Shown here piece by piece: positions 62,038 to 64,000 of a stretch of 64,000 nucleotides of DNA; the stretch's first letter is position 1, and every line of letters starts with the position of its first letter. The notes beneath the pieces are model-generated. The model was not told the DNA's origin and searched no databases. It worked only from the letters and a program-made list of their open reading frames with translations. Source of the DNA: Blastocladiella emersonii ATCC 22665 (lineage: Eukaryota > Fungi > Blastocladiomycota). The stretch covers positions 1,798,001 through 1,862,000 of the forward strand of contig JANHCV010000005.1 in NCBI GenBank assembly GCA_025594325.1, read 5' to 3'. Both the position numbers and the translations under genes were made by a program.

Positions 62038-63365
62038 ATGCAACGCAACACCATGGATCGATGGACCTCAAGTCTTGCAATGTTACCTGTTGAGTTGGTC
62101 GCGCGGTGCTTGCAGTTTGCCCAGCCGCGCTCGGACCTTCCCGCGACCTGTACCGTGCTTTGTGACGCGACACGCGAGCAACATGTTTCCGCATTGTGGA
62201 ACCACCTCGTCGCTCGCTGGTACCTTGCTCTCGCGGCCACGGACAGCGATTACGACCTGTGCAGTCGCATTGGCGTGGCTCCCATTCCGGTTCGAGGTCT
62301 GGCCCCGGCTCCGATCCCGACGGCCACTCTTGGGCGCATCGGAGTTCTTCTTATGTGCAGCGTTTCTCCGGAACATCTCGGAGACGCCGTGCTTGAAGAA
62401 CAAATTATCGAGCTTTACTCGCCAGACGCATTTCAAGTCCCCTTGCATCACCCGTTGATCACGTTCCTACGCATTCTTGTCCGTGCCATCGTTTTCGGGC
62501 GCGCAGATCTGGTGACGCTCATGATTTCCGAGGCCATGCGTCTTCAGCCCCTTCCCTCAACAGCCTGCCTTCCGCTGGCATACCGAAGTAGTGATTTGGA
62601 TCAAAATTCGCTTAGAAAATCCCTCTGCGGCTCCAATCAAGTTTTTTCCAGTTTCTTGCCCTTGTCGCGTGTGCAAGCTTCCACACCGAGACTTTGGACT
62701 TGATTCTCGGCAATGACGCGCTGCAGACGAGTCGAGCGGATGTTGCGGGCGTATTCTGTGACCCAGCAGTTGCCTCCATTATCGGTATTGGTTATCTGCT
62801 CCTAGATACGCGGATGAGCGGTGCCAAAGAGCACGCACAAGCCATTTTTTCGCTTGTCCTCACTGACGTGTCAGATTGGCCGGCGTCGTTTGTTGCCAGA
62901 ATTGTTGTCATTGCGTTATCCCTGCCCCAGAAAGCATTCGTGTCCATCTTGCAAGGCCTGTCGGATCGGACAAAGTCTGCTCTGATTCTCAATCCGCCAA
63001 TGAGTGACAAGTCATGCGGCAAGCTCATTCGCAAGAGAATTTCGGCGCTGCTTCCAGATCTCGTTCGGGAAAACTCGGTCGACTTGGTCGAATCCTGTGG
63101 CCTGATGGACGAGCGGATGCGACAGGGCGCTCGATCTGCCGCAACGATGGGCGTTTTGCCCGGATGATGGCAAGGTTCCGCAAAAGGTTCCACAGGGCGC
63201 TCGATCTGCCGCAACGATGGGCGTTTTGCCCGTATGATGGCAAGGTTCCGCAAAAGGTTCCACAAAGCGTATTTGAAAACTAAGTACCAGCAAGTCTTGT
63301 TTCTGGTGGCCATCTCGTTTTTAGTGTGGCTGCGATTCCTGCCGCTCCCTTCGAGGGGTCGTTAG
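62038..63365 (+). pseudogene. F-box-like family copy J (short class), frameshifted
   Basis: SLAMLPVELVARCLQFAQPRS; shift at the T6 run near 62645; 70-bp tandem duplication near the 3' end; hydrophobic tail VLFLVAISFLVWL. Confidence 0.8.
63122..63264 (+). repeat. 70-bp tandem duplication with one mismatch
   Basis: Units start at 63122 and 63192 (CGGA versus CGTA). Confidence 0.92.
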
Positions 63366-63605
63366 TCGAGCTACATTTCATTTTCATCGGCATTGGATCA
63401 ATCTCAAAGTCTCGGTGTGAGGCAATAGCGATCATCTTTCAGCTCTGAAACTATCCCCCGCAACTGACGCGTCGATCAAATCACGTGGTCAGGTGACCAG
63501 CTTGCGTTGGCTGCGTCGCACGGCGTCGCGTCGCACGTCCTTCTCCCTTCAACCTCCCACCCACGAGGACGTATCTCTGCTAACGACTTGACGCAACGTA
63601 TTACC

Positions 63606-64000
63606 ATGGATCAATGGACCTCTGGCCTTGCGATTTTACCTGTCGAGCTCGTCGCGCGCGTCTTGCAGTTTGTTGAGCCACGCTCGGCCCTTCCCGCGGC
63701 CTCCTCCATTCTTCGTGCAGCTGCAGGCGATCGTCTTGCTTTCACATCGTGGAATCACATTGTCGCTACTTGGTACCTGGCCGCTGCGGACAATCACGAC
63801 CTTTGCGACCGCGTGGGAACGCCTCCGATTCCAACCCCAAATCAACCTCCGTCTCTGCCCACGATTCCAGATGCAATTCTCGAACGGATCGGGGTTATTT
63901 TGCTGCATCGCCCTTTGGCAGAGAAGCTTGACGAGACCATCCCGGCAAACCGCATCTCTAGTGATCACGTCGCGGACGTGAACCGGCGCTCGCCCGAGTG
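63606..64000 (+). CDS. F-box-like family copy K, runs off the window end
   Basis: MDQWTSGLAILPVELVARVLQFVEPRSALPAASS..HDLCDRVGTPPIP; open to the edge. This frame is absent from the ORF track because it has no stop. Confidence 0.8.
   Translation, partial: MDQWTSGLAILPVELVARVLQFVEPRSALPAASSILRAAAGDRLAFTSWNHIVATWYLAAADNHDLCDRVGTPPIPTPNQPPSLPTIPDAILERIGVILLHRPLAEKLDETIPANRISSDHVADVNRRSPE

Overview
Eukaryotic, GC-rich fungal-type DNA. Introns are mostly short (about 55-80 nt) with GTACGT/GTGCGT donors and CTAAC/CTGAC branch sites. The style suggests an early-diverging fungus such as Blastocladiomycota (Allomyces-like); this is inference. The window has two parts. (1) 1-16.6 kb is a core block: TEL1/ATM kinase (5' end outside the window), an unknown membrane protein, an Srk1/Rck2-like CAMK kinase, an HSF-type transcription factor and the AP-1 mu subunit. 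(2) 16.8-64 kb is an accessory block dominated by about 11 copies of an unrecognised gene family with an F-box-like N-terminus (LxxLPxEL..VLQF). The family has a long class with a Cys-motif C-terminal domain and a short class with a C-terminal membrane anchor. Each class has its own conserved upstream motif, and most copies are disrupted. The first copy is split by a 6.5-kb Mutator-like element (MULE) with identical 266-bp inverted repeats and a 10-bp target-site duplication. Its spliced gene joins a DDE transposase (internally deleted) to a SWIM finger and a USP/C19-like cysteine protease with an apparently intact Cys-His-Asp triad. The block also holds truncated, decayed copies of WDR7 and Argonaute, an LRR gene and several orphan genes. 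No rRNA, tRNA or CRISPR array was recognised.
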